From: Mobula hypostoma
Taxonomy: Eukaryota
Assembly (NCBI RefSeq): GCF_963921235.1
Contig: NC_086106.1
Coordinates: forward strand, 27,156,001 to 27,220,000
DNA: 64,000 nucleotides
Reading direction: 5' to 3'
In this document: positions 11,230-24,212 of the stretch, piece after piece
Position numbering within the stretch: position 1 is the stretch's first letter
Layout of the letters: each line of letters starts with the position of its first letter
The notes under the pieces: model-generated
Seen by the model: only the letters and a program-made list of their open reading frames with translations
Databases searched by the model: none
What the model was told of the DNA's origin: nothing
Position numbers and translations under genes: made by a program

Positions 11230-11990
11230 CAATGCTACTGGTCAGGGAGTCATAGTTGCAACCTATGAAATGCTTACCCAACCGGAGACTTGTCACTTGA
11301 AAAGGTTCAGCAACAGGTTCCAGACAATACGTCATCTCCTCTAGTTGACATGTCTTCTTACTATATCACCAATCTATCATGGATATATCTATCACATTCT
11401 GCTCCATCAAATTATATTATACTGGGACAGTCCCAAACCATATTAAGAACTTTCATTCGAGTGCACGACAATAAGCCCGTTACGTTTGCAAAGTTTCAAA
11501 ATCTGCCTCCCATCCTACTCATGTGCTTCTGTTGCGTCCTGTGTGGGGATAATAGAATACATCCAACAGTGTGGTTGCATAATTTCTGTTCAAACCTTCT
11601 CTCACAAAATCTTAGTGAACTGTCTTTCCATGGCCTCATTCGAGACGCAGTTGTGTTAAAATCCCTCATCACCAATGCTGCTCCCCCACCTCTTTTAACT
11701 CCCTCTCTCTCCCTTTTGAAAAAAATACAGCAGCCATTTCTGCCCTTGTGGCAGATTACTCTCTGTAATTGCAACATCATCTCTTTTTCCAAGATCTGAT
11801 GCATGATCTGATTATATCATACTTTTTCATGAGAATCCATTACGTTTCAACCTATTCAATAGACTATCTTTCCTCTTAGTCTCTTTACACTCTCTCTGCC
11901 CAGCCCCAGCGAACATTAGTTAACCCTACCCAACAGCTCTGAAAAAACAACCCCTATGACTTCTGGTTGAACACATCCCCTTTATACAGG
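11230..11990 (-). mobile_element. CR1-like LINE fragment (ORF1 end and endonuclease start) in the Cmu1-Cmu2 intron
   Basis: Minus ORF with IFFKREREGVKRGGGAALVMRD (AP-endonuclease motif); resembles other CR1 copies in the window. Confidence 0.65.
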
Positions 11991-12417
11991 ACAATCTTTC
12001 CAATAAAAGATTACAGTTCTCCACATATCTGCAACCCATCCCCTGTTACACCTCTGTGGCCACCCCTTCCCCGGTAGGGACAGGAGATTATCTCTCCAAA
12101 GATAACTGAAATGTTGAATTCTCTACCCCATTGCACATTTGAAACGGCCTTCTTAAGGGCCTTGCGGGGGTGGAGTGGGGAGCCCACAATCATGGAGACG
12201 GGAAAATGCATTGTATGGACAATATTTTCAACTCTCCACAACTAAATGCCTATTTGTACTACAGCTGTTTACTAGAATATGGTGTGGCATGTGCAGATAT
12301 TACGTCGGAAGAAAGAAAAATTCAATTGATTTCGTTTCTTGCTTGTGTTGTGCAATCATCGATGATTAACTGTTTCACATATTAAAACCAATTTCAAATA
12401 CATTTATTTACCTCAAG

Positions 12418-12720
12418 TGCATCATCCAAACGTTGTTATCTCCGTGAACACCCCTGAAGATATTAAGAAGAGCAGACAAGGGACTGCAGTCTGTTCTCTG
12501 ACCGACTTCCAACCGGCGGAATTCACCGTGACCTGGCTGAAAAATGGACAGCAGGTGAATTCCGGCGTCATCACCTCCCCTGCTTTTGACATGAATGGGA
12601 ACTTCTCAGCGACAAGCCAGGTGACTTTCACGGCGACGGAATGGTTCGCAGGCTCTGTCTATACCTGCCAGGTTACGCACAAAGATTACATGCAAAGCCG
12701 AAATATCAGCGAAACTCCAG
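12418..12720 (+). CDS. IGHM: IgM Cmu2 exon (VHHPNVVISV...AVCSLTDFQP...WLKNGQ...YTCQVTH...ISETP)
   Basis: C1-set domain; acceptor CTCAAG at 12417, phase-1 donor GTAAGA at 12721. Confidence 0.95.
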
Positions 12721-13000
12721 GTAAGAGACCTCTCCGGCGAAAGTCTACATGTCACTGTTAGTGTCGACGCCAGTCCAAAGTTAGAACTTCATTGACATTA
12801 GGACAAACACAGAACAGCATATTATTTTGTTCATAATGTAGGCATCTGATCAGTGACATTAGAGTTGTTCATAGACGCTCTCTGGGAACAGTCCAGAGAC
12901 CGAGAGATCGGAAATATTCTTGCCCTATTTCAATCTCAAAAGATTAATGTTATATTTCCGATTCAGTTCTGGATTCCTAACTGATGTTCATTTTCCATAG

Positions 13001-13303
13001 AAACATGCGAAGCTGTACAAGTAACAATTGAACCACCACCAGTGGAGCAGGTCTTACTGGAGGCGAGGGTCACCTTAACCTGCGTCATCACTAATGCGCC
13101 TTACGGCGTCCAAGTGTCCTGGAGGCGAGGAGAGAATGTGTTGAAAACAGAGACTGCCCACCAGCAAGAAGATCCCCCCCATAGAGTGATCAGCCAACTG
13201 AATATTTCGACACAAGCTTGGCTGAGTGGGGACTTATTCGAATGCGTGGTTAGCCACGAGGAAATGCCGACACCAAAAAGAGCATACATCCGCAAGGAAA
13301 AAC
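13001..13303 (+). CDS. IGHM: IgM Cmu3 exon ([28 protein letters not shown]...[12 protein letters not shown]...RKEK)
   Basis: Acceptor CCATAG at 13000, phase-1 donor GTAAGC at 13304; [10 protein letters not shown] and LSGxxFxCVV motifs typical of shark/ray Cmu3. Confidence 0.96.
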
Positions 13304-13806
13304 GTAAGCTGGGGTTGGTAACGTATGTATTTGGGGCGGGGGGCGGCACTGCTTCACTTTTTCTTTGGGTTAATCAAAACAAATGGTGGAGACCACTCAG
13401 CAGGTTGCCAATATCTGCGGAAATAGCCCGGCTGGAGAGTCTCGACATACAAAGTTGGCTTCTTACTCCTCACTGTAGACTCTGCCTGATCTGCTGACAC
13501 CATCGTCGGAATATGAGCTGTTCTTCCATGCTATTCAGTCGGAGTGTAAGACGTGCAGGAAACCAGATACATCGGATGAACTTGCTGATATCCGCTTTGC
13601 TTAGCTTATCACTTCATGAATATTCAAACTCCTTTCTCCGACACCTTCCTCTTTCATCATCTCTTAGCTGTCGTTTACCACGTCGCAGGAACAATCTTCC
13701 AATGAAAGCTTTACTTAGTTTTACCCTTTGCGAATATGTTCAGTGACACATCAAGGAACTCAGAAAGTTTAATTCATCTGACCTGGATAACTGAACGATT
13801 CCCAGA

Positions 13807-13880
13807 GTCATAGTCATGGTCATAGTCATAGTCATAGTCATACTTCATTACTCCTGGGGGAAATTGGTTCCCCCGGGATT
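13807..13880 (-). repeat. (CATAGT)n tail plus short 3' tip of a Rex1/Babar-like LINE in the Cmu3-Cmu4 intron
   Basis: Same CATAGT repeat and adjacent actt..tt..c..g context as the tail of the element at about 47350-47400. Confidence 0.55.
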
Positions 13881-14218
13881 AATTCCCGTGTCCCAAAAGA
13901 TAAAGAATGCTATCAAAGTATATGGTTAAACTGTCAGCACAGAACCAAGTGGCAGAAAGATTAACATTCATCTGAGGGGTCAAATACTCTCGTAATGCGC
14001 CCCAGGTACTTAAAAACCTGATACAGGAAAGGGATACTGTCTTCCGTGACAGCTTCTTCTTGTCCCAAAGCACAAGCTCGAATACTGAAAACAATCACAG
14101 AAGTGAAATGCTGTATACTTTTAATATTTCTGCCAAATCACCATTTCTGCTCGTCTAAACTATCACCATTTCATCTCATTTTCCCGGTATAATAATTCCT
14201 CTCCCCGTTTTTATGCAG

Positions 14219-14610
14219 CTGAACATCCTCAGGAACCATCCGTCTCTGTCCTCCTTCCGCCAACAAGTGAAGAGTTCACAGAGAACACCGTCATCCTCAC
14301 CTGCTTAGTGAGAGGGTTCTCGCCTCGGGAGATTTTCGTCACGTGGACGGTCGATGACACGCGGGTGGATTCACGTAACTACACGAATACCGCAGTTGCG
14401 GCAGAGAACGGCAACAATTCATTCTTCATGTACAGCCTGTTGTCTGTTCGTTCGGAACAATGGTCTCGAGGTGCTTCTTTCTCCTGTGTTGTGGCACATG
14501 AAACCCTCCCGATGAAGATCATCTCAAGAACCGTTAATCGGTCCAGTGGTAAACCCAGTTTTGTCAACGTATCCCTTGTACTGTTGGATACTGTCGATTA
14601 TTGTCAGTGA
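14219..14610 (+). CDS. IGHM: IgM Cmu4 exon plus secretory tailpiece ([14 protein letters not shown]...[15 protein letters not shown]...FSCVVAHE...[20 protein letters not shown])
   Basis: Acceptor ATGCAG at 14218; internal membrane-form donor G|GTAAAC at 14549; tailpiece with NVS sequon and penultimate Cys. Confidence 0.97.
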
Positions 14611-14638
14611 TAATTTTACCATTTGAGTTAAATGTTTA

Positions 14639-14654
14639 AATAAATATCAATAAA
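14639..14654 (+). terminator. Secretory-form polyadenylation signals
   Basis: AATAAA at 14639-14644 and 14649-14654, just after the stop codon. Confidence 0.8.
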
Positions 14655-16745
14655 TATTTTTCCAGCAAATTTTGAACTGTCCCCAAGAGCACTTAATGTT
14701 TTCCGAAGTTTGAAAAAATAGGGCCTTAGAGGGTTTCGAGTTTTTTTAAACATGGACCCTAATACACCAGGTGTTATAAGACAAATTATACCTCCGTCAG
14801 CAGAGGATTACAATACACGTTTGAACACAATTTCTCCAGATTTAGATCCAGAGTGCTGGGACTACCTATTTCCGTTTTCTCGCGTCCCATTGAGATTCAC
14901 AACGGTAGAATAGCGTCAGTCATTGCGCTTTGCAGTGAAAATCGGTCCTGGGAAAAAGTGTAACACATTTTGCAACCCGAGAGTAGCTCACAATTTTTGC
15001 ACTATACAGTGACGAGTTTCCCATACATACAATAGAATGCAAAGGCACTTCTGGATTCAAAAAAAAACACACACGGTCGGAATCAGATAAATGATCATCC
15101 TGGCCTGATTATAAAGAGTACACTCAAAGGGGCGCCAAGTTCTTGAGGCGAACGTTTCCTAAAATGCTCTTTGCAACAACTGAAATATATGCACAACACG
15201 GCAGTCGCAGAATTGTGGTTTCAAGAGCAGGACAACGACGCACACCTGCACATCACTCAAATACCTCTGAACTTGGACGCAGTCACTAGCAAGCACGTAA
15301 ATACATATTTATCAATAAACAGGGAGAATACTGTATTCCTAAATTGTGCATAAAAGTGAATATACGACATTGCTATGTAAGTCTGGAGCAGAGTAACCAT
15401 TAACAATTCGTTTTCATGAATATATAACCAAGGTATATAAATTAAAGAAAATGGGCCAATAGTTGAGAACAAAATGTCGAGGGATCCTTTCTGGGAGGAA
15501 TCTCAAGCTCGCGCATTTAATTTTCTACTGAGTAAATGTGCTCGTCTGTATCATAGTAGTAGTTGATCTGTGGAGGCAAAATATATGAAACTTAAGTAAG
15601 GATCTAGGGCAAGATTCAAGTACCAACTCGGTCAATGTAAGATCAGCTCTCTGATTAGATTAGTCTGATTGACCACTTTTCTTTTAACATGACTTTCTGG
15701 CAAGTGTAGGAGAGAGAATATGTCTATATAGGTTTCTATCATTCATTATTTCACTATCCTCTTTTATTACACATCAGTGAATGAAACTTCAGTAAAATGC
15801 AAGCATAGAAACCTTGGTTGAGACATATACATAAGTATGTTTAAGCTTACATCAGCATTAGGGTTATCGAAATCCTAATTTTAAAATTTCATTAATACAA
15901 CAGATAATCGTGTCCGTAATCTCTTAATCATAACATACACACAACCAAAATTACCACATTTGTTGCAACTCAACAGATAAATTTGAGAGGAAATTCATAA
16001 ATTGACAAACTGGAGGCACTATCGGTTCAGCGGACATGTCTGGAAACACGTAAACAAGGCGACCAGTAGTTGTACATGCGCACGTACAGAGAGACGTCGG
16101 TGAATAAATATAGAAGCACGCAACTCTATGAAAAAAATACCAATATTCACATTAGCCTACACTAAAATAAATACTTCAGCGCAATTCCCCACAGATGGAT
16201 TTCGGACTGAGTCTTACAGCAGCAACATAAACATTTGATAGTATACATGAAATCTCACTAACTTATATTAGCAAATACATTATCCAAATCGCAATATTTT
16301 ACAAATTCTCTCTAATATCTATTTTAAATCATAAAGTTTTGTCAGCCTTATTTCTTTCTCTATTTCTGCCCATGAAATTGTGTCAAAGATTTCTCAGGTG
16401 TGAATCTTGAAAACTAATATTATCAAACGTAATAAACCAATGAACCCTTGCGGACAACAACAACAGCTCACAAATAACCGGAGTTAACTCTTATACACAA
16501 TGTTATACAAATACAAGAATAAGAATTTTATAAATTTAACAACTCGTGCATTTTCACTGCAATTCAGAAATCACTTTATAATTGTTGTCAGCAATTTTTG
16601 GTAATGATTACATTGAAACTGAAATTTCATGGGAAATTAATTGTGTAAATACAACTATATCGTGTTAAAATTAAGCAAAATAAGAAATAAATCAGATCTT
16701 GCAGTGGACAACAACCTGAATGCATGTCATTTCTGCTCTCGGTAG

Positions 16746-16873
16746 ATTTTGCAGAAGACATCCGGATTGAAGACTATGGGGAAGACACAGAGAACTTATG
16801 GACGACTGCTTCCACATTCATCATCTTATTCTTCCTGAGTATTTCCTACAGCGCTGCCCTAACTTTAGTGAAG
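16746..16873 (+). CDS. IGHM: IgM TM1 exon (DFAEDIRIEDYGEDTENLWTTASTFIILFFLSISYSAALTLVK)
   Basis: CART-type transmembrane motif WTTASTFIILFFLS..YS; donor GTGAGA at 16874. A second in-frame acceptor at 16754 is possible. Confidence 0.93.
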
Positions 16874-17011
16874 GTGAGAACATTTAGTTCACTTATCTTT
16901 TCCTGCATTTGGAGATGATGACTAAATGTCGATGACGTTAACATCTTGCGGGGGCTAAAATCTCAGGCCATTACTGCATTTGTGCCTTCTCTATTTCTCT
17001 TGTTTTCACAG

Positions 17012-17020
17012 GTGAAGTGA
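17012..17020 (+). CDS. IGHM: IgM TM2 exon (VK*), giving a KVK cytoplasmic tail
   Basis: Pyrimidine tract plus CACAG at 17011, then GTG AAG TGA. ATTAAA at 17176-17181 is a candidate polyA signal. Confidence 0.93.
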   Translation: MK

Positions 17021-18777
17021 TCACTCGAAAATAGGAAGGAGCGGATTTTTCTTACTGAACTATTCACATCTGCGATAACATGCAAGAATGTACCACCATT
17101 TGAAGTTAGCAAAGCCATGGACTGAATTCGTGTTTTAAAGCTGGAATGTTCATCACTGCAACTTTAATGTTATTCATTAAATCTTTATAACATGCACACA
17201 TAAGTCAATTTTTTTCCATGAATTATGTCACATGTTCGGTTTCTTTAACCACGACTCTCTTCGTGTATTCTGGCATCCAGTGCACTTGTGCAACAAAAAC
17301 AAAATAAATAATTTTCAGAGACAGCTCATGGATTGTTCCATTCCTTTGGCCACAGAGGAACAACACTCAATAATCACAAAATGTGCTCAACATGTTATTT
17401 TAACTTTCGCAAACATATAGAGGACTATCATTGTAGTCAGGTCTTTGGCACTAACTCCGGCTGTGTAGCTAAGTGGAAATGTGAGAGGAAAGACCAACAG
17501 TATTAGACGATTCATTGGTTCTGGGAACAGATTCGATGAACGGTCACGAAGCTTCCAAACAGTATATTGCTCTCAGGTGTCATGTCGGGGATATATTGGA
17601 TCGATGACACTACATTCTTGAGGCGTGTGGGATCAGAAAGAGAGCATATATGCATTAGTAGCAGCGGCATAAATTGGATAAAGGATGTTGTTCTGAATTG
17701 AGAAGGCGGTTAACGAGAAAGGAAGTAAGCAGAGGATCTCGTGAGTAGTAATCTCCTCATTGAAGTTTGTGGAATACCCCGGTAATGGTAAGGATATAGT
17801 TATAACATAGGTAAATGCATTGCTAACGATTTGGTTCAGGGCCCAAAGTTTCAGATTCTGAATGTGAATATATGCCCAGAAACGTTGATGCTGTCGGAAG
17901 TAATGAAGAGACCTAAAATGTACCGTTGTGCACAAAAGTCGGGAACTGGAATATAACAACACATTCACTCGACCTAGTATCATAAGGCATGCTCCCTAAT
18001 CCAGACAACGTCCTTGTGAATCTCCTCTGCACCCTTTCTATAGTTTCCACATCCTTCCGGTAATGAGGCGACCAGAACTGCCAAAGACCTCCTTGTGGCC
18101 TCCGGGGTCGGAATGAGCCGATAAGCAGGTAGCTTTTGGGAATTTGCCAAAATAGCATGGTTGATAACATTGGGATTTCAATTTCCCTGCTCAATAGTTT
18201 GTGTCCTTAATGTCCCTAATAATTATAGACAATTCCTTAGCACAAAAGCAGCAGATGTGGCTGAAACTATGCCATTGGAGTCTGTGACGTGGAAAATATT
18301 CGTTTTATCTCAAGTTTGCTAAGCTTGGTTTCTCAATAGCAGCTGCATTGGAAAGTTGTAAGTAAACTCGAACTATATTGCATTCTGTAACTTGTGGTTT
18401 CAAATGGAAGTCCGTCTTCAGCTTTTAAAATATAAATGGATAGCAGCTTGCAGATAGCAAAGCCCTCTTTGGAAAACGATTTTGCAAATTAGCTGTATAT
18501 TTGTTGAGAGTCACTGCACTTGCTTTAAAGTATAAATAAAGTATAAGGCACTGATCTGTTTATCTTTGGTTATTTTAGACAAACAGACTCGTAAGTTTCT
18601 TCGTTCAAGCATGATCGTAGAACAAATGCGTAATATAATATCGAATACCAGCAACTGATATGTTTACAGGAGAAAATGTGTCTGAATTCAACCAAGTTAG
18701 TTTGACTGAAATATTAGTATATCGCGAATATCTATGTTCCCAAAAGATGTTTCCAAACTTGTTTGTCTGTGTCTTTG

Positions 18778-18778
<1 letters not shown>

Positions 18779-18808
<30 letters not shown>
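18779..18808. repeat. (TA)n microsatellite
   Basis: Visible. Confidence 0.95.
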
Positions 18809-18812
<4 letters not shown>

Positions 18813-18989
18813 CTAAGGAATGGGACCATTGTTTTCGAAAATCGTCTTTGTTTTTTTTTCAATGTACTTTATCCTTTGTGTACTCAATCATTAAAACACA
18901 GAAACAGAGTAAACTTACAGCACAATACAGGCACTTATTGTGCTGTATCTGAAAAAAAAACAGGGCTATGGGTAAGTCTAGGTAGTTCT

Positions 18990-21900
18990 AAGGTAAAGAC
19001 ATGTTCTGCCCACAAAGCTGTGCGGAACATGTCCTCACCTTAGAACTACACAGACTTACCCATAGCCCTGTTTTTTCTCGGCTCCATGTACCTATCCAGG
19101 AATCTCTTAAAAGGCTTTATTGTTTCTGCCTCCACCAGCGCCGCAGGCAGCCCATTCCACGCCATCACCACTCTCTGCGTAACAAAACTTATCCCTGACA
19201 TCCTCCTTGTACCTACTTCCAAGCACCTTAAAACTATCCCCTCTCGTTTAAGCCATTTCAACCCTGGGTAAAAGCCTCTGACGATCCACGGAATCAATGC
19301 ATCTCATTACCTTGTACACATCTCTCAGTTCACCTGTCATCGTACATCGCTCCAAAGAGAAAAGGCCCAGTTCGCTCAACCTATTCTCATAAAGCATGCT
19401 CCCCAATCCAGGAAACATCCTTGTAAATCTCCTCTGCACCCGTTTCTGTAGTTTCCACTTCCTGTAGTGAAGCGAACAGAACTGAGCACAGTACTCCAAG
19501 TGGGTTCGGACCAGCGTCCTATAGAGCTGCAACATTACCTCTTGGCTCTTAAACTCAATCCCATAGTTGATGAAGGATAATGCACCGTATGCCTTCTGAA
19601 CCACAGAGTCAACTTGCATAGCAGATTTGAGCATCCTATGTACTCGGACCCCAAGATTCCTATCATCCTCCTTACTGCCAAGAGTCTTACCATCAATGCT
19701 ATGCTCTGCCATTATGTTTGACCAACCCAAATGAACCACCTCACACTTCACTGGGTTGGGATCCATCTCCTCAGCCCTGCTTTGCATCCTATCAATGTCC
19801 CGCTGTAAACTCTGACAGCTCTCCACACTCTCCACAGCACCCCCAACCTTTGTGTCATCAGAAAATTTACTAACCCATCCAGCCATTTTCTCATTCAGGT
19901 CACTTTTTTATAAAAATTACCAAGAGTTGTGGACCCATAACAGATACTTGAGGCACACCACTGGACACCGACCTCCATGCACAATATGACCTACCTACAA
20001 CCACTCTTAGCCTTCTGTGGCAACACAGTTCTGTCTTCACACAGCAATGTCCCCTTGTATCCCATGTCTCCTTACTTTCTCAATAAGCTTTGCATGGGGT
20101 ACTTTATGAAATGGCTTGCTGAAATCCATATTCACTACATCTACGGCTCTACCTTCCTCAATGTGTTTAGACACATCCTCAGAAAATTCAATCAGGCTCG
20201 TAAGGTGCGACGTCCCTTTGACAAAGCCATATTGAATATTCCTAATCGTATTATGTCTCTGCAAATGTACATAAATCCTGCCTCTCAGGATATTCTCCAT
20301 CAACTTTGCAACCACTGAAGTAAGATTCACTGGCGTATAATTTCCTCGGCTAACTCTACTCGCTTTCTTGAACAAGGGAACAACTTGCGAAACCCTTCAA
20401 TCCTCCAGAACCTCTCCCGTCTTCATTGATGATGCAAAGATCATCGCCAGAATCTCGGCAGTCCCCACCCTCGTTTCCCATAGTAGTCTGAGTTACATCC
20501 GTCTGGGCCCGCTGACAGCCAATTTGCTAATTTGCAAGTTATCTAGCTTAATTCCTTAATATCTACATGCTCAAGCTTTTCAGTCCACTGCAAGTCATCC
20601 CTGCAATCGCCAAGATCCTTTTCCGTATTGAATACTGAATGAAGTATTCATTACGTGCCTCTGCTGTCTCCTCAGGTTCCATACACACTTTTCCAAATTC
20701 ATACTCGATTGGTCCTATGCTCTCATGTCTTATCATCTTGCTCTTCACATTCTTCTAGAATGCCTTGGGGTTTTCCTTAATACTGTCCGCAAAGGCCTTC
20801 TCAATGCCCCTTCTGGTTCCCCTAATTTAATTCTTAAGCTCCTTCTTGCTAGCCTTATAATCTTCTAGATCTCTATGATTCCCCAATATTTTAACCTCTC
20901 CTAGATCTTCTTTTCTTCTTGACTAGATTTACAACCGCCTTTGTACACCAGGGTTCCTGTATCCTACCATCCTTTCCCTGTCTTATTGGAACGTACCTTT
21001 TCAGAAGGCCACGGAAATATTCCCTGAATATTTGCCACATTTCTTCCTTACGTTTCCCTGAGATCATCTGTTTCCAATTTAGGCGTCCAAGTCCCTGCCT
21101 CATATCTAACCTCATATTTCCTCCAACTCCATTTAAACGTTTCCATAACTTGTCTCTTCCTATCACTCTCCATTGCTATAGTAAAGGAGATAGAATTGCG
21201 ATCACTATCTCCAAAATGTACTCCCACTGAGAGACCTGACACATAACCGGGTTCCTTTCCCAAAAGCAGATCAAATACAGCCGTTCCTCTCGTAGGTTTA
21301 CCTACATTCTGTGTTTTAAAAAAAACATCCTGATTACACGTAACCAACTCCACCGGATCAAAACAACTCACGCATTGATGATGCCAATCAATATTTCGGA
21401 AATTAAAATCTCCCACCGCAATAGCCCTGTAATTACTACACCTTCACTGAACCTGCCTCCTTCTGTGCTCCTCGATGTCCATGTTACTATTGGCTGGTCT
21501 AAAAAAAAACACCCTGTAGAGTTATTGACCCCTTGCTGTTCCTAACTTTCTTCCACACAGACTCCGCAGACAACCCCTCCATGTCTTCCTCCTTTTCTCC
21601 AGCCGTGACACTATCCCTGATCAACAGTGCCACGCCTACACTTCTTTTGCCTCAGTCCCTGTCCTTTCTGAAGCATCTGAAGCCTGGCAGTTGAAGTAGC
21701 CATTTCTGCCCTTGTACAATCCAAGTGTCTATAATGGCCACAGCATCATAGCTCCAAGAGCTGATTCACGCTCTAAGCTCATCCGCTTTGTTCATAATGC
21801 TCCTTGAATTAAAATAGACACATCTCAAACCATCCGTCTGACCGCGTCCCTTCTCTATCACCTGCAAAGCTTTCTCTATTTGTGAACTAAACCCCCTTTC

Positions 21901-22073
21901 TTTTGTCACTTCAGTTTCGATCCACCCCAGGAAACTGTAGTTTGAACGCTCACTAATATCCTTAACAAACCTTCCCGCCAGGATCTTGGGCCCCTGGGAT
22001 TCAAGTGCAACCCATTCTTTTTTGTGCACCGCACACCTGTCCCCGTGATACAGAAATCTCCAATCCTTGTCCA
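18990..22073 (-). mobile_element. Degenerate CR1 LINE, copy A (3' end to ORF1 end)
   Basis: Minus ORF fragments: RT C-terminus (SKFSDDTKVGG, RTHLEYCAQF), GNYTPVNLTSV / DFSKPFHKVPH, endonuclease (MGDFNF, CVYFNSRSIMNK). Confidence 0.88.
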
Positions 22074-22360
22074 TAGAAACCATAGAAACTACAGCACAGT
22101 AACAGGCATTTTGGCCCTTCTTGGGTGTGCCGAACCATTTTCTGCCCAGTCCCACTGACCTGCACGCGGACCATATCCCTCCATACACCTCCCATCCATG
22201 TATCTGTCCAATTTATTCTTAAATGTTATAAAAGAACTCGCATTTACCACCTCGTCTGGCAGCTCATTCCATACTCCCACCAGTCTCTGTCTTAAGAAGC
22301 CCCCCCCTAATTTTCCCTTTAAACTTATACCTCGACACTGTTTTATCACCCCTTGTTCAA
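22074..22360 (-). mobile_element. CR1 3'-terminal fragment (different subfamily)
   Basis: Reverse complement of the (TTTCTATG)n tail at 22076-22097; RLVGVWNELPDEVVNASS motif. Confidence 0.8.
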
Positions 22361-22361
22361 T

Positions 22362-24210
22362 CCCTTCCGACCTATGTTCGTGACACATCTCACGCTCTTA
22401 AACTTTTCGATGATTTTAAGTTCCCTGGCCCCCACCGCTTTATTTTCACCATGGATGTCCAGTCCTTATATACTTCCATCCCCCATCAGGAAGGTCTCAA
22501 AGCTCTACGCTTCTTTTTGGATTCCAGACCTAATCAGTTCCCCTCTACCACCACTCTGCTCCGTCTAGCGGAATTAGTCCTTACTCTTAATAATTTCTCC
22601 TCTGGCTCCTCCCATTTCCTCCAAACTAAAGGTGTAGCTATGGGCACCCGTATGGGTCCTAGCTATGCCTGCCTTTTTGTTGGGTTTGTGGAACAATCTA
22701 TGTTCCGTGCCTATTCTGGTATCTGTCCCCCACTTTTCCTTCGCTACATCGACGACTGCATTGGCGCTGCTTCCTGCACGCATGCAGAACTCGTTGACTT
22801 TATTAACTTTGCCTCCAACTTTCACCCTGCCCTCAAGTTTACCTGGTCCATTTCCGACACCTCCCTCCCCTTTCTAGATCTTTCTGTCTCTGTCTCTGGA
22901 GACAGCTTATCCGCTGATGTCTACTATAAGCCTACTGACTCTCACAGCTATCTGGACTATTCCTCTTCTCACCCTGTCTCTTGCAAAAACGCCATCCCCT
23001 TCTCGGAATTCCTCCGTCTCCGCCGCATCTGCTCTCAGGATGAGGCTTTTCATTCTAGGACGAGGGAGATGTCTTCCTTTTTTAAAGAAAGGGGCTTCCC
23101 TTCCTCCACTATCAACTCTGCTCTTAAACGTATCTCCCCCATTTCACGTACATCTGCTCTCACTCCATCCTCCCACCACCCCACTAGGAATAGGGTTCCC
23201 CTGGTCCTCACCTACCACCCCACCAGCCTCCGGGTCCAACATATTATTCTCCGTAACTTCCGCCACCTCCAACGGGATCCCACCACTAAGCACATCTTTC
23301 CCTCCCCCCCCATCTCTGCATTCCGCAGGGATCGCTCCCTACACAACTCCCTTGTCCATTCGTCCCCCCCCCCCCGCCCCCCATCCCTCACCACTGATCT
23401 CCCTCCTGGCACTTATCCGTGTAAGCGGAACAAGTGCTACACATGCCCTTACACTTCCTCCCTTACCATCATTCAGGGCCCCAAACAGTCCTTCCAGGTG
23501 AGGCATCACTTCACCTGTGAGTCGACTGGGGTGATATACTGCGTCCGGTGCTCCCGATGTGGCCTTTTATATATTGGTGAGACCCGACGCTGACTGGGAG
23601 CCGCTTTGCTGAACATCTACGCTCTGTCCGCCAGAGAAAGCAGGATCTCCCAGTGGCCACACATTTTAATTCCACATCCCATTCCCATTCTGACATGTCT
23701 GTCCACGGCCTCCTCTACTGTGGAGATGAAGCCACACTCAGGTTGGAGGAACAACACCTTATATTCCGTCTGGGTAGCCTCCAACCTGATGGCATGAACA
23801 TCGACTTCTCTAACTTCCGCTAAGGCTCCACCTTCCCCTCGTACCCCATCTGTTACTCATTTTTATGCACACATTCTTTCTCTCACTCTCCTTTTTCTCC
23901 CTCTGTCCCTCTGAATATACCTCTTGCCCATCCTCTGGGTCACCCCCCCCCCGTCTTTCTTCCCGGACGTCCTGTCCCATGATCCTCTCGTATCCCCTTT
24001 TGCCTATCACCTGTCCAGCTCTCGGCTCTATCCCTCCCCTCCTGTCTTCTCCTATCATTTTGGATCTCCCCCTCCCCCTCCAACTTTCAAATCCCTTACT
24101 CACTCTTCCTTCAGTTAGTCCTGACGAAGGGTCTCGGCCTGAAACGTCGACTGCACCTCTTTCTATAGATGCTGCTTGGTCTGCTGCGTTCACCAGCAAC
24201 TTTGATGTAT
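22362..24210 (+). mobile_element. Penelope-like retroelement, 5'-truncated: RT, GIY-YIG endonuclease and terminal repeat
   Basis: ORF 22451..23593: MDVQSLYTSIPH, QTKGVAMGTRMGPSYA, FLRYIDD, then VIYCVRCSRCGLLYIGET. A stop at 23591 and a 1-nt deletion right after it disrupt the GIY-YIG domain. Confidence 0.93.
24117..24152 (+). ncRNA. Minimal type-I hammerhead ribozyme motif in the Penelope terminal repeat
   Basis: Stem I AGTC/GACT, core CTGACGA, stem II AGG/CCT, GAAAC-GTC with palindromic ACGT in place of stem III. Confidence 0.72.
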
Positions 24211-24212
24211 GT

